Shown here piece after piece: positions 1 through 12,480 of a stretch of 64,000 nt of DNA; within the stretch, counting starts at the first letter, position 1, and each line of letters begins with the position of its first letter. The stretch covers positions 165,257,439 through 165,321,438 of the forward strand of contig NC_058135.1 of assembly GCF_016433145.1 (NCBI RefSeq), written 5' to 3'. The translations under genes and the position numbers were made by a program. Origin of the DNA: Gracilinanus agilis. Taxonomy: Eukaryota. The notes under the pieces were generated by a model. That model was not told where the DNA came from. It saw only the letters and a list, made by a program, of their open reading frames with translations, and searched no databases.

Positions 1-79
1 AAGGAAGGAAGGAAGGAAGGAAGGAAGGAAGGAAGGAAGGAAGGAAGGAAGGAAGGAAGGAAGGAAGGAAGGAAGGAAG
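1..79. repeat. (AAGG)n microsatellite
   Basis: About 20 perfect units, truncated by the window edge. Confidence 0.99.
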
Positions 80-1580
80 GCATAAGAACCTAAAAGAAGT
101 TACAGGACCCTACCCCTACCCCAAGGGGAAAAAAATGTTAGGCAATGTGGTCTAAGAATTCAGAAAAGAGAAATCCTTTTTGACAACTGATCAGAGAAGC
201 CATGGCAGAAGTACTGGCATTTGAGCTGGGCTTTTGAGGGTGGGTAAAATTTCAACAGGCAGGACGTGAATAGTTGTTTAACTAATGAAAAAAATGGCAG
301 ATTTTAGCAGGGCTTGTTGGAGTGTGAGGTAGAAGGTAGCCAATTCATCAAAACATTTGAGTCCCAAAGAGAGAAATTAAAATTTGATAAGATGGCAATT
401 AGGGAGTTAGCGTGAGCTCTTGAGCAGGGCAGTAACCAGTCATTGATTGTACCTCTCTCCACCTTAAAATCAGCTGCCATGTTCACAGCTGGTGGAGATT
501 CTGACAAGACAAGCCTAGTGAATGCAGCATCCTTAAACCAAATGCCTCAAACAGCAATTTTCCTGCTCCCTGCCAGCTCTCTCTTTGTTAAGAGTTCATT
601 GGAGAGGTGACTAAACACCCTTCCTGGCAATACTTTTTTCGCATGGAAACATACTTCTCTCCAATTAGCTTCTCACTTCCCTCCCTAACATCGTGAACCA
701 AATTCTTGGCTGCTCTTGAGGATAATTGAATTGTGGCATCCTGACAGAGAAGTTCATCAAGTCCCTAAATGCATTAAATGAAATCCAAAAGGATAGCAAA
801 GCTTTTGGGAGTAAGGGAAAGAGAGGTTTTCGAAACTATGCATGGTGCTTGGCAGCGACCTTTTCTAAGGGCTGGACATTTGACAGCAAGGACAGAGAAT
901 CAAGAGTGACTTTGATCTGGTTTGACCCCAGTGTCAGGTCATCCCCTGAGATGCGTTCCCAAAGGATTTAAAGCTTAAACTATAGCTTTTAATGTCACTT
1001 GTCCTTTGTGAAAGAACCACTCCATCCAGGGGTTAAGGGTCTCCAGAGAGAATCCAAAAGCAGACAGCCCAAGAGAAAACCACTAAGCATGTCATTTATT
1101 GATTTGGGAGTCCTTTCCTCCCCATCCCACCCCCTCGAAGTTTTTGATAGAATGAATTGGATTACCCAGGTCTCTGCAAGAAAGCCAAAAGGCTTGTGCC
1201 ACCTGTTAAGGATTATTTACTTTTCAAAGAACTGACATTTCAGCTGCCCCAGCCTGCAGCTTCGCCACTGCTTAGGCCTGAGATACATTTAGTCTTCAGC
1301 TGTTTGGAGCAGAAAGAAAACTGGGCTTTTGGTGTCTCATAATCCATAAAGGCCATGCAGAAACCACACGAGTTTCAGTGGCTCTTTGAGCAAAGTGTTC
1401 ATATGGAAGCCTGGAGGCATTTGTGCTCATCAAAATGAAAAAGAAGCATTTCCAAACCCCAAGGAACAGTCAAAGACTGGTTGATTGAGAAGGAGGAATA
1501 TTATGTTGTCCTCATCACTCACACTAGCTGATAAAGTTTTGTTTCTTTTTTTTAAAGATACATTCAAATATTAACAACTT

Positions 1581-1778
1581 GGGGCAGCTAGGGAGCAGCA
1601 CAGTAGATAAAGTGTCAGGCCTAGAGCCAGAAGGACCTGGGTTCAAATTGGTCTCAGACATTCTCTGTGTGACCCTGGACAAGTCATTTAACCCCAGTTG
1701 CCTAGTCCTTAACTCTCTTCTGCCTTAGAATCAATAATAATAATGATTCTAAGACAGAAGGTAAGAATTTTTTTTTAA
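1581..1778 (+). mobile_element. tRNA/CORE-type marsupial SINE (SINE1_Mdo-like, older variant)
   Basis: GGGGCAGC head, B-box-like GGTTCAAAT, CORE tgtgaccctggacaagtca, 3' hairpin and tail. Confidence 0.85.
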
Positions 1779-1856
1779 ATTAACTAACCTTCATAAGAGT
1801 AGATGAGCATATAACAGGAATTTTGAAATTGAGAAATTTTCAAAAATAGATAGTGA

Positions 1857-2056
1857 GGGGGCAGCTGAGTAGCTCAGTGGATTGAGAACCAGGCCTAGAG
1901 ACGGGGAGGTCCTAGGTTCAAATCTGGCCTCAGACACTTCCCAGCTGTGTGACCCTGGGCAAGCCACTTGACTCCCATTGCCTACCCTTACCACTGTTCT
2001 GCCTTGGAGCCAATACACAATATTGACTCCAAGATGGAAGGTAAGGGTTTAAAAAA
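1857..2056 (+). mobile_element. SINE1_Mdo-like SINE, full length, with TSD
   Basis: Near-consensus body and A-tail. TSD aaaaatagatagtga at 1842-1856 and 2057-2071. Confidence 0.95.
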
Positions 2057-3574
2057 AAAAATAGATAGTGAGTTCTCTGACACTGGTAGCCCTCAGGTGG
2101 AGGCTATCTGATCTTTGAGGTGATGGAAAAGAGAGTAAATGGATTTTTGAAGTCCTGTCCAAGTCTAATGTTCATTGATTCTGAGTCTCCCTATAACCTT
2201 CTTCACTGCCAAACCTTTTAGAGTTACATTCACATTATAAAGCCAGAAGGAGAAAAGAAGAAAGTAAAGAAGAGCTGGAGATCATGATGACTCCTCCCCC
2301 ACATCCCTGATTCATTCAGACTTGGCTACAGATAAGAGAACATATTTCCCAACTTTCTTTATCACCCTTTGTGCCCCACCCTCCATCACTGGGGTCTTAA
2401 AAGTAAATCAGGCATATTTTCAGTCCTCTTTTGTTCCGGAGGCTGGCTGAACATTTCCATCCTGCAGGTTCTGCCTCAGTCCTCACTGGCTGCTTGGCCC
2501 ACAGCCTCCCTTGCCAAGCATTCCTGGCAGAGCACACCTCTGAGAGAGTGGCGTGGATGCTCCGGAAGCCCATGAATGAGAGGAGGGCACAGTGCCCGCC
2601 CAGGAGAGTGTTCAGAGGAACTGTTGGGGAAGAGGCTTAACACCAAAGAGGGGAAGGCAGCTGGAATAGATGAAGGCAAGAAGTGGGTGGTTTAATTCTT
2701 TGCATTTTTAAGAAGTAGTAATTCTTCATCTGTAAGCTGGATATTTAGTCATCAACTCCTTCTGTACAAAAAGACCTAGTTGCCAGAGAACTTTTGCTGT
2801 ACTATCAGCTACCACATTTAGCTTGTTTCCCTAGAGAGGTCAATATCTGCCTCCTTCCTATCCACCTCTTCCTCCTCTCTTCCTCCTCCTCTTCCCCTTC
2901 CCCTCTTCCCATGTTTCCTTTCCCCACCTCATCACCCCCCCACCCCGAACCAGGATCCACAATTTAGTTTGAATGCCACCAGCTATTTTTATATCAAATT
3001 AAGATTGGGAACCAGGAGGCCAAGGTTAGAGCTCATCCTAACTATAGAATATCAGGGATTAACAGAATGTGCAGGATAGATAAGTACCCCAGGCAAGGAA
3101 AAGCAAAGGGCAAACTGGGGATGGTCAACAAGGATCTAGAGCCTAGGTACAGCAGGAAGGGATCAAAGTATGTTTAATCACCAGATAATAGATATGTAGC
3201 TAGAAAGGATTTCAGAAGTCATAGAGTCTAACCCTCTTATTTTGCAGAGGAGGAAACTAAGACCCAAAGAGGTTAAATGACCTGTTCCAGATCACACAGT
3301 TATTGAGCATGAGAGATGGGTTTTGAATCCAGATCCTCTGACTCCAGAGCCAGAAAGTACTTCTACATTGTCTTCTAAGCTCTCAGTCAGTGAATAAACC
3401 TACTATGTAAGAGGCATTATACTAAGCCCTCAGGATACAGAAAAAGGCAAAAGATATTCTTTGTGCTAAGGACCAGGCAATTGGGGTTAAGTGACTTGCC
3501 CAGGATCACATGGCTAGAGTTGATCCCAGGACCTTTCCTCTCCATCCACAGAGCCACCTAGCTGCTCCTCTGTC

Positions 3575-3883
3575 TGACTTTTCATGACCCCATTTGGGTA
3601 TTTCTTGGCAAAGAAACTAGAGTGGTTTGCCATTTCCTTCTGCAGCTCATTTTACAGTTGAAGAAACTGAGACAAAAAGGGTTAAGTGACTTGCCAGGCT
3701 CATACAACTATAAATATCTGAGGTTAGATTTGAACTCTTCCTCAGGAAGAAGAGTCTTCCTGATTTCAGAACTGCTACTCTATTCCTGATTTCAGAACTG
3801 CTACTCTATTCCTGATTTCAGAACTGCTACTCTATTCCTGATTTCAAAACTGCTACTCTATTCACTGTACCACTTAGCTGCCT
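3575..3883 (-). mobile_element. MAR1-type CORE-SINE with RTE-derived tail, containing a minisatellite
   Basis: RTE/BovB-like tail (gagtggtttgccatttccttct), CORE segment and GGCAGCTAAG head. Confidence 0.8.
3757..3863. repeat. 26-bp minisatellite, about 4.1 copies
   Basis: Unit ttcctgatttcagaactgctactcta starts at 3757, 3783, 3809 and 3835 (one g>a in copy 4). Confidence 0.97.
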
Positions 3884-5554
3884 ATCTCTATCTTAGAATA
3901 TTTAAAATTTCATTATTGACAGCTGCTGTGTATTTGCAAAGACAGAGTGAGAGGCAGAAGCCATCTTGGTCCTGTCTTTTTAGGCACTTTTATCCAAGAT
4001 CTTTCCCTTAACATCCAGCAGAATCTAAGAAGAGTCCTAGGAATAGTAAGTTTTTAAAAGGGTGACCATTTTACCTAATTTCTATGTTTGGAGGAGAAAT
4101 AAGACCTGGTCTGGCATCTAGAATCATTAACAAAAGCTTTTTCTGAAACCTCTAATCAAGATCAGATCCCATATTATTCTCCAAAGGCAGAGGGGATAAC
4201 TTCCTTTTGAAAGCAAAAATAAGAGATTAAGGTGAAGAGAAAAATTGACATGGTTGGCATGGTTCCAATTCCTGCTTGTGCTTCCTGGATAAATCCTACA
4301 GGAAGGCACATTCAGAAGCTCGGAACCAGCTTGAAACTGGTCTCATTGCTCTCCAACTTGGTACCTACAGAAGGTCTTTTCATTACTTCGAGCACTTTGC
4401 ATGGTTAGAGAAATATAAGATTTAATAATAGGTGGGAATTTTGAAATAATATAGTCCAGCCTCCTCTTTTTATAGATATGAGAGACAGAATCAGAGACAG
4501 AGAGAGAGACAGAAAGAGAAGGAGGAGGAGGAGGAAGAAGAGAAGGAGAAGGAGGAAAGGGAAAAGAACAAGAAAGACAGAGAGAGAATGTAAGGGCACA
4601 GCTACAGACTTACTGTGAAGGATTTCAAAAGAAAAGGGAGGGGAAAAGGCTCAGTGACCTTCCCTCTATAGTTTCTCAATGGCAAGAAATCAGAGAAGCA
4701 TAGAATGCAGAGCTCAGCTTACCCAGCATCCTCTTCTACAGCAGACGTAGAAATGGGAAGACTCCAACACCTGCAAATTAAAAGAGACGTCTAGGAGAAG
4801 CAGAAAACAAAGAGAATAATCCCTGTCAGTGGGCTGGGCTGTTTCTGTGGGAGGACAGTGGAGATGGGAACACAAAAGCATTCTGTAGATAGTTGTCTTT
4901 GTCTTTAACTCCCAGCTCCATTTGGAGAGCTCCAGAGAAAAGGAATAGCCAAGAAGGCCAGTGAGCCATTTGGGCCTCACATAGCCCTGGGGCTATCTTG
5001 CTACTATTAGTATTTTTCTGCCCTCTCTTGCAGTCAGGAAACATTTTTGCTTGCAGATCCCACTTGGCAGAAGATGCCTATTCCCCACGTATGAGCAGCA
5101 TCATATAATTCCCCAGGATGTAGTTGTCTGCAATCACCCAAGCTTGTTGAAATGCAAATTATAGTTGCCTTGAGGCTTCACTGTAACTCGTGATCTTTGA
5201 AAGAAATTGTTGGCTTTGTCTCAATTAAATACACTTATTTTCATGTTTAAGAGTATAATCCATTTAAGGCAAATGAAGTCTTCTCCCCTACCCCTCTTCA
5301 CTTGGTCTTCTCTTCCCTTTCCAATGGTGGTGGACTGCTCATAGTGGGTGTTCCATAAATGTTTATGAATGAATGAATGAATGTATGAACAGAAAAAGGA
5401 AGGTATTGAGTATTCAGTAATCCTCCCTCAAACACAAAAAGCTTTACTAGCCCTTGGAGTTCATCTATGATCCTAAGAGCTACCAAAGTATAGCCCTCAC
5501 TGAAGTCACTGGGAAGAACCACAAATCTCAGGGTTGCTAGCCAACCTCTTGTCA

Positions 5555-5780
5555 GTGCCTTTGAGGGTCCATGGATGGATTCCAGGGAGAAGAGGGTCCA
5601 TGGACTTGGATAGTGGGGAAGGGGGATATTCTCCTGGTTTCATCAACCTCTAGCTGAAAGTTAGCATTTCCTTCAATTATGAATTTAAAAAAAAAAAACC
5701 CACAATATTCCGAGGAGTCCTATGTAAGCTCTAGCAGACTGCCAAAGGGGTTCATGACACAAGAATAGGTTAATATTACT
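5555..5780. mobile_element. Old hAT-Charlie-like DNA transposon remnant
   Basis: Segments gggtccatgga..., ctagctgaaagttagcatttccttcaattatgaat and gactgccaaaggggttcatgacacaa resemble ancient MER/Charlie MITEs. Recognised from memory; termini decayed. Confidence 0.55.
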
Positions 5781-7011
5781 GTATTTCTGTGGATTGAATC
5801 CTGGACCAGACTTGGTCTGCAGTCATTCAAAAACCATTTATTTGCTCAATGCCTTGGATATATATGTGTGATATCTGCCAGGCTCTGAGGGGACTACAAA
5901 AAATAAATGATAACCTATCTTCTAGTGCTCTAAAGTTTATCAGATGTTTTCCTCATAACATCCCTGTGAAGTAGGTATCATAATTACTATTATCCTAAGT
6001 TTATAGATAAGAAACTGAGATTTTGTACATAGCCAGGAAGTAGCAAAGATGAGTCCAAGCCCAGACCATCTGAAACTATATCGGTATTCTTTCCACTCCA
6101 CCATATTGCCTCGTTTATGGGACTGCTATCAGTAGAACTGAGCCCTAACCTGGGTTCCCCCTAATCGGACCCTTTAAGGCAAAGATATAGAGATTATGGA
6201 GAACAAAAAGGCCAGGAAAAAGAAAAGAGGAGAGGGAGAAGAGAAAACATTACCCTTATCAGTCAACCGCAGATTTCCACCAGCAATTTCCTTGGGTACA
6301 ACCCAAGGACACCAGACCATCATGAATGTGATGAGAGAAAGGGGGCAGGCTCATTTAGTGAAAAGAACATTGGGTTGAGAGTTCAAAGACCAGGGTCTGA
6401 GTCATCATTTGGGCCTCCTTGCTTTTCCTTATCTAGAACTGGATGCAGAGGAGAAAGCTGCTCTCCTAATTACCATGTTCCTGCCTCAGGTCCCTCATAT
6501 TGGAAAAGGGAAAATTCTCTGCCTGAGAGGGGAGAGACCCAAGCAGATAGCTTAAGGGCCCTTTTTCATTCTCTGGTTCTGTGTGGACCAGAATGGAATG
6601 GAAAGTTTTCAAGACCCCATCATGCTTTTTTCCCCCCTCCTAAACAACATGGTGTTCATGAAGTCTCAATGAAATGGTCAATCAATTTCTCCTTCCCTTT
6701 CCTTAACCATCACATATTTCTGGAACCAACTTTCTCAGAGCTTGAAGCTAACGTGCTTCAACTCTTTGGGTGAACTTGGCTTGCTGTTCTAGCTGAGTGT
6801 ATTCTGTATGTTGCTGACATATTCATCAGCTGTGGGCAAAAATACGGAATGTAGTAGAGAATATTTTTTTTTTTTTGCCTCAGTGTCAATATGTTGATCC
6901 CCATCTAGTTTTTCCTTTTATCTTTTTCCCTCCCTACACACTTCCTCCTCCTAAGCTCCCAATGTAGCTGAAGCTGCCACCAACTTGTTAAAAGCAATAT
7001 TTTATAATGCC

Positions 7012-7190
7012 TGGTGTCCAATTCAAATAGAATGAGAGCCACTAACCCGTGGGCTGCATGTTGATTTAGAAAAGCACATAATTATTTATATTTGCCCATA
7101 TTTTTATTTATTTTAAAAAATATCTCCCAATTACATTTTAGTCTGGTTCAGGTATACTGGGAGTTTCCAGGCAGCAAGTTTGATGGTAAT
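7012..7190. mobile_element. Probable marsupial hAT MITE remnant
   Basis: Decayed termini (ggtgtccaattcaaataga ... gcaagtttga) around an AT-rich core. Confidence 0.45.
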
Positions 7191-7436
7191 AATAATGGCA
7201 CCTTTATGGTAATAAAAATCACTATGGTCTAAGAGCCTACTTCTGAGTGACTGAGGACAAGTTATTTCTTTTCTCTAGGCCTCAGTTTTCTCATCTTTAA
7301 AATAAGGGGGTGGGGAGGGAATGGAATAGCATTTTGTGATTCTTTGATTTTGCCTTTGCATCTGGCCTGCTTGTAATCATAGAAGGAACAAGGTGGCTAA
7401 AAAGTCTATCAGTAGGAAATATATGGCCAGATACTT

Positions 7437-7663
7437 GGGGTTGTCTAGGTAGCAGAGTGGATAGAGCATCAGGCTTCAAGTCCAATAGCCTTATTTTTTT
7501 GAGTTCAAATCTGGTCTCAGACACCGAGTAGCTGTGTGACCTTGGGCAAATTTGCCTCAGTTTCTTTCTCTGTAAAATGAGCTGGAGAAGGAAATGGAAA
7601 ACAATTCCAATACCTCTGCCAAGAAAACCCCAACAGAGTCACAAAGAATTGGGCATGACTGAA
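7437..7663 (+). mobile_element. MAR1-type SINE
   Basis: tRNA-like head, CORE, RTE-type tail (gaaatggaaaacaattccaatacctctgccaagaaaacccc). Confidence 0.85.
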
Positions 7664-8384
7664 AATGGCACCAGTAATGATTTCTGGGACCACGGCAAAC
7701 TAGAAGAAAAGCCATATGTCCAGAAAATGAGGGATAGATTCTTTTATTAAGGGGGAGAGTTGCACAGAGTTTTTGGAATTAATATTGTGTTCTAGATTTT
7801 AAATTCTGGAGACTTGTAATAATCTAGAAGTTTCTGTCTTCAGAACTCACACTGGGCCACAAGCTAACACTGTCAACACAGGCTGTATTGGTAGTGAGAT
7901 TCTGTAAAATGGAAATTGAGAAGGTGCTGTCCTTGAGTGGAGTCTATTCCCTTCAGGAAAAAAAAAAAAGGCTATAAAAGATCTTGTTATCATTTTTTTA
8001 TATTTTTTTAAATTTTGTTTTCTGCTCCAGAAACAACAAGGATGACACAATATTGATTCTAAAAGGGCATTGTTCCCTTTCATAAGGAAGTAAAATAATC
8101 AACTGTTGTAGAGTTCATACTTTCCTCTAAAACCTCTCTTATATAAAACCCAAGTATAGCCTATATAATCGATGTTACTTTTCAGACTCTATCTACATAT
8201 ATCCTTACTTTGAGTTTTTGGTTGTTTGTTCTTTTTTTAGGGCAAAAACTATATTTAAGCTAGAATAAGTAGATGCTGCCATTCTATCCTTTGACTTACA
8301 CTTCTATAGCTGTGTTCTCTTTCTTCTCTCAGTTGTTCATCTGCTAAATCTGGACACAGGAGTGGGAGGTCTTCCATTGCTTTC

Positions 8385-8568
8385 TTTTTTTTTTTTTAAA
8401 TCCCTTACCTTCCATCTTAGAATTAATACTAGATAATGGTTCCAAGACAGAAGAGCTGTAAGAGCTAGAAATGGGGCTTGCCCAGGAAGTATCCAAGGCC
8501 AGATTTGAACCTAGGACCTCTAGTCTCTAGGCCTGGTTCTCAATCTATTGAACCACTTAGCTCTCCTC
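8385..8568 (-). mobile_element. SINE1_Mdo-like SINE
   Basis: Reverse-strand poly-T tail, 3' hairpin, B-box and head. Confidence 0.85.
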
Positions 8569-8660
8569 CATTTTTATTTTTTGTTGTTGTTTTGACACTT
8601 TCTGTTTTTGCATCATACCTTCTTATGATGATGATAATAATAATAATAAAATAGAGTTCT

Positions 8661-8888
8661 TTCAGACTCTTTGTGATCCTATTTAGAGTTTTTTTGGCAA
8701 AGATACTGGAGTGGTTCTCCATCCCCTTTTCCAGCTCATTTTACAGCTGAGGAAATTGAAGCAAACAGGTTTAAGTGACACGTTCATTTTCACATCACTA
8801 ATGTCTAAGGCCAGATTTGAACTCAGAAAGATGAGTCTTCCTGACTTCCAAGCCCAGCATTCTATCCACTGTTCCACCTAGCTGCCCC
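8661..8888 (-). mobile_element. MAR1-type SINE
   Basis: Reverse RTE tail (ttttggcaaagatactggagtggtt), CORE and ggggcagctaggtgg head. Confidence 0.85.
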
Positions 8889-8899
8889 CCAAAATAGAT

Positions 8900-9620
8900 A
8901 GCATTTATATAATGCTTTAACATTTGCAAAGCACTTTACAAGTATCTCGTAGAATATTCATAACTGTGGACATTGGTGCTATTATTTTCTCTACTTTATA
9001 GATGAGGAAACTAAGGCAGGCAGAGGTTAAGAGACTTGTCTAGTATCACACAGCTAGTAGGTATCTGCATCTGGATTTGAATTTAGGATTTCCTGACTCC
9101 AAGTCCTATGCTCTATCCCCCATGCTACTGAGCTATGGAAAGCTTCAGGGTCACAGGATAAGAACTGCCATTTATATGGTACCTTAAGGTTTATAAATCA
9201 TGTCATGTATATTTTATCAGCTACAACAATGCTTCAAGGTAGATACTACAGACATCATCATTCCCACTTTATAGAGGAAGAAACTGAGGCCAAGAAGTTC
9301 AAGGACACCCCCCCCAACCTCTAAACTATGGTCATCCAGTAAGTGCCAGTGAAAGGATATGAGCCCAAGTCTATTTGGCTTCATGGCATTAAGACCATAC
9401 TGCTTCGCTTTTAGTTAATCCCTTCTGGGGCACATTGTCTAATCCTGGTTATCATTACGCTTGGACCATAGATTCAGATCTGGGAGGCACCTTAGAACTC
9501 ATGTAGTCCAATCGCTTTATTTTACATGTAACGAAGCTAAGTGACTTGCCCCAAATCCCTAGTAAACTGAAAATCTGGGATTTGAACCTATGTATGGCTT
9601 CCACTCTAACTCCAGCCCTT
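8900..9620 (-). mobile_element. Cluster of MIR/CORE-SINE fragments
   Basis: Repeated MIR CORE motifs (atagatgaggaaactaaggc, gaaactgaggc, taagtgacttgccc). Confidence 0.7.
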
Positions 9621-10371
9621 TCCAAGGTACCATACTTCCTCCTTTCTAAAACAGAAATGCCCAAAGCAAAGGTCACCGCTGATCCAGTGTCTGCTTGGTC
9701 CTGGAAGGCCCCGAATGCTTTCTAGGCTGGTTGCAGGAAATTAATTACTCCAGGAATGTGGGCCCAAATTGGAGGAAGTTGGGGGAAGTGGGGAGGGAGT
9801 ATCACTAGGACTTTATCAGGCTCCACATTGACAGATTATCAGGACCCAATGCCTAGAATAGTCTTGAAAATTACCTGTGAGACTGTGCAAAAGGGAGCAT
9901 CCTATCCATCTTTAAAGGCATTCAAGGCTTCTATTACTTTGAGGAGACAAGGGATAATATAAGGAGGAAGCAGAAATTCTCATTGAAAGCAGAAACAAAT
10001 GCAACGCCACTTACTGACCAAATTTTCAGCAAAGCAGTTGCCATCAACAGCAACAAGAATCAGAAACCAGCAAAGAGCCACTCACAACCAAGTACCAACA
10101 GAGCACAGGTAGACATGAGCACAGCTTCTGAGATGGGGCATCCCCCAAGCTGTGAACCTCAGGAAATATTAAATTGGATTAACTTAGGTTGCATTCCATT
10201 CTTGAAACTTGGAAATGGGGTCTGTTCCTCCCTCTCTCCTTCCCCTCAGTTCCAGTTATTTAAAAAAAAAAAAAAAGTCATGCCCTTTTCCTTTCTTTCA
10301 TCCTGGGTAAGTCAGAATTCGATTTTCCCCGCTTTAATCGTATGTGGTGTTTCCCCCCCTCCTGTTCTTAG

Positions 10372-10464
10372 GTCATTGTGCTGTCCACGCGACTCCTAAA
10401 ACCACTTAACATTCCGGAGCTGTTATTTGCAACTGATCGACTTCATCCAGACATTGGCATCTGA
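10372..10464 (+). CDS. SCFD2: SCFD2 (Sec1 family domain-containing 2) last coding exon
   Basis: Pyrimidine tract + AG acceptor at 10370-10371 (ttccccccctcctgttcttag|GTC), phase 0. Translates VIVLSTRLLKPLNIPELLFATDRLHPDIGI*, matching the human SCFD2 C-terminus as I recall it (VIVLSTRLLKPLNIPELLFATDRLHPDLGF). TGA at 10462-10464. Convergent with RASL11B as in human. The preceding exon was not found in 1-10371, so it lies outside the window. Confidence 0.93.
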   Translation, partial: VIVLSTRLLKPLNIPELLFATDRLHPDIGI

Positions 10465-11533
10465 GCCAGATACATCAGCTAAGAAGATAAGCCTTCGCCA
10501 GGCTGGAAATACCTGTACTATTGTCTGGCACCAGTTGAGATATGTCTCCCAAACTGAGCTGCCCTGTTACTAATTGTAGGTATAATTGAATTGGGCCCTG
10601 GAGGGCCCTGATAAGTAGGGGGGGAGGGGATGTGCTTTACTTGGATTGTACCAGTTTTAAAAAAAGAAAAAAGACCATTTTCTGTTTCTGAAGGTGTCAA
10701 GCTGTCATTCCTCCAGCTCCCACCTGATCAGGGAGATTTCCCAATTGTTCTTAACCCTCTACTTCTTCACTCTCCGGTGATTAGATTTACCAGCTCTTTA
10801 ATCCGAAAGAAATACTTGTTGGCAATTATTACTGTCGTTCATCTTCTTTTCAGCTCGTCAGTAATGCCAAGGGGGATGCTGGCATTCCAGGTTTTGGAGG
10901 AAGGGAGAAAGGAGGGCTTGCTTTTCTTTGAGATTAGAAACAGGCTTGCACAAGCAGAACCATTGCGAATAGAGTTTGGGAACTGCTCTTCCCTTTAAGT
11001 CTGAAACTGAGGGGAAAGGGGGTTTTGGGGGTTTAACAACAGTACAGCGTAAGCTGGCTTGTCCTCCTAAAGCTCCATGAACTCTCTTGGCTCCTCTGGG
11101 AGGAGCAGAGCAGCAATTGAGAAGGATGGCGACGAAGGTCAAGATTTGGATCCCACTTCCTCCCGGGAAGCCTTCCTCCCTGCTCCCAGGGAAGGCTGAG
11201 TCAGAAAATAATTGGTCCCAATGGGTATATTCTCCAACCCCTTTGAAGTTTCTGTCTGCCTGACCTTTGCTAATTCTAATCTGCACTGAAATGTAAAGCT
11301 TTGCTTTCTGAAAATCTAACTTTTCCTTTCATCAGAAGCTAACCCCAAAGGCTCCAAGAGGGATAATGGAAGGGCTCTAAAAACCAAATGGGCTATGTGG
11401 GACCAAACAAGATGGTAGATGGGCAAAGGATTCCATAATTGCTGGGGAACCTCTGTTAAGTCCCAGAAGATGTTTGCACTAGTTGATAAAGCTAGAAACA
11501 ATAGCTCCTGTGAACTGATGAACAGGCTGTTGC

Positions 11534-11539
11534 AATAAA
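11534..11539 (+). terminator. SCFD2: Probable SCFD2 poly(A) signal (AATAAA); implies a 3'UTR of about 1.1 kb
   Basis: First AATAAA I found after the stop codon, in repeat-free sequence (tgttgcAATAAAatgag). Confidence 0.65.
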
Positions 11540-12277
11540 ATGAGACCAAACAAATGCCCAAGCATGACTGCAGTTTTAATTCGCTGCCTATCTACATTGG
11601 AGGGAAAACCTTGGCACCTGGGAAATCATTGGAAGAGCAAGTCAAGCAAGTTTTTTTTTTTCTGCCAGTTTTTTCTAGCTGGATCCAGAACAAGTTTCGG
11701 GGTTGCTGCTCCCAGGGAAGGCTGGGAATCCTCCTTGGGTGTATGCTAGCTCTGATCTGTGGGGAAGTCAAGGTCTGAACTAAAGTCTGCCAGCTGCTAG
11801 AGCTTTCTCTCCCTCCACAGATAGGGTCTTCTCTTTCCATGTCTTGTGCTAGTCAGTTCTGGGATAGGGGTTGATTTCCACCTACAGAATGTCACCTTCT
11901 AGAGGGCAAGAACTATCTAGGGTTTGCCTTCATAGCCACAACATTTTAATCAGCATTAATAATATTATGGAAGGAACCAAACATTTATTAAGCACCTACT
12001 ATGTGCCAGGCACTGTGCTAAGCATTTTATAAATACTATCTCATTTGATTCTCATAACAACTTGGTGCTATTATTATCTACATTTTACTGAGGCAAACAG
12101 AGGCTAAGTGACTTGCCCAGAGTCACAAAAAAATAAGAGTCTGAGGCCAAATTTAAATTCAGTTTGTAGTGACTTGGGACCAGCTCTCTTTCCATTTTGT
12201 CATGTGGCTTACTCTGGAAGATCTAAGTACCTCCTAGGTCCTAGACTGTTGGGCCAAAGATAAAAGAAGTACAGTCT

Positions 12278-12480
12278 GGGGGCAGCTGGATGGCTCAGTT
12301 GGATTGAGAACCAGGCCCAGAGATAGGAGGTCCTATTTTCAAAGGTGGGCTCAAACATTTCCTAACTATGTGATCCTGGGCAAGATTTAATCCCCCATTG
12401 CCTAGCCCTTATTACCCTTCTGCCCTAGAACCAATACTCAGTATTGATTCTAAGATGGAAGGTGAGAGTTTAAGAAACAA
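12278..12480 (+). mobile_element. SINE1_Mdo-like SINE
   Basis: Head, CORE and hairpin tail (ccctagaaccaatactcagtattgattctaag). Confidence 0.88.

Noticed and set aside
5045-5095. Possible 32-nt cryptic SCFD2 exon (ttgcag|...|gtatga)
   Set aside because: Does not match SCFD2 protein as I recall it; such pairs of sites are common by chance.
9983-11286. 122-142-aa ORFs around the SCFD2 last exon and 3'UTR
   Set aside because: They cross the acceptor in the wrong frame or lie in or antisense to the UTR; no family resemblance.
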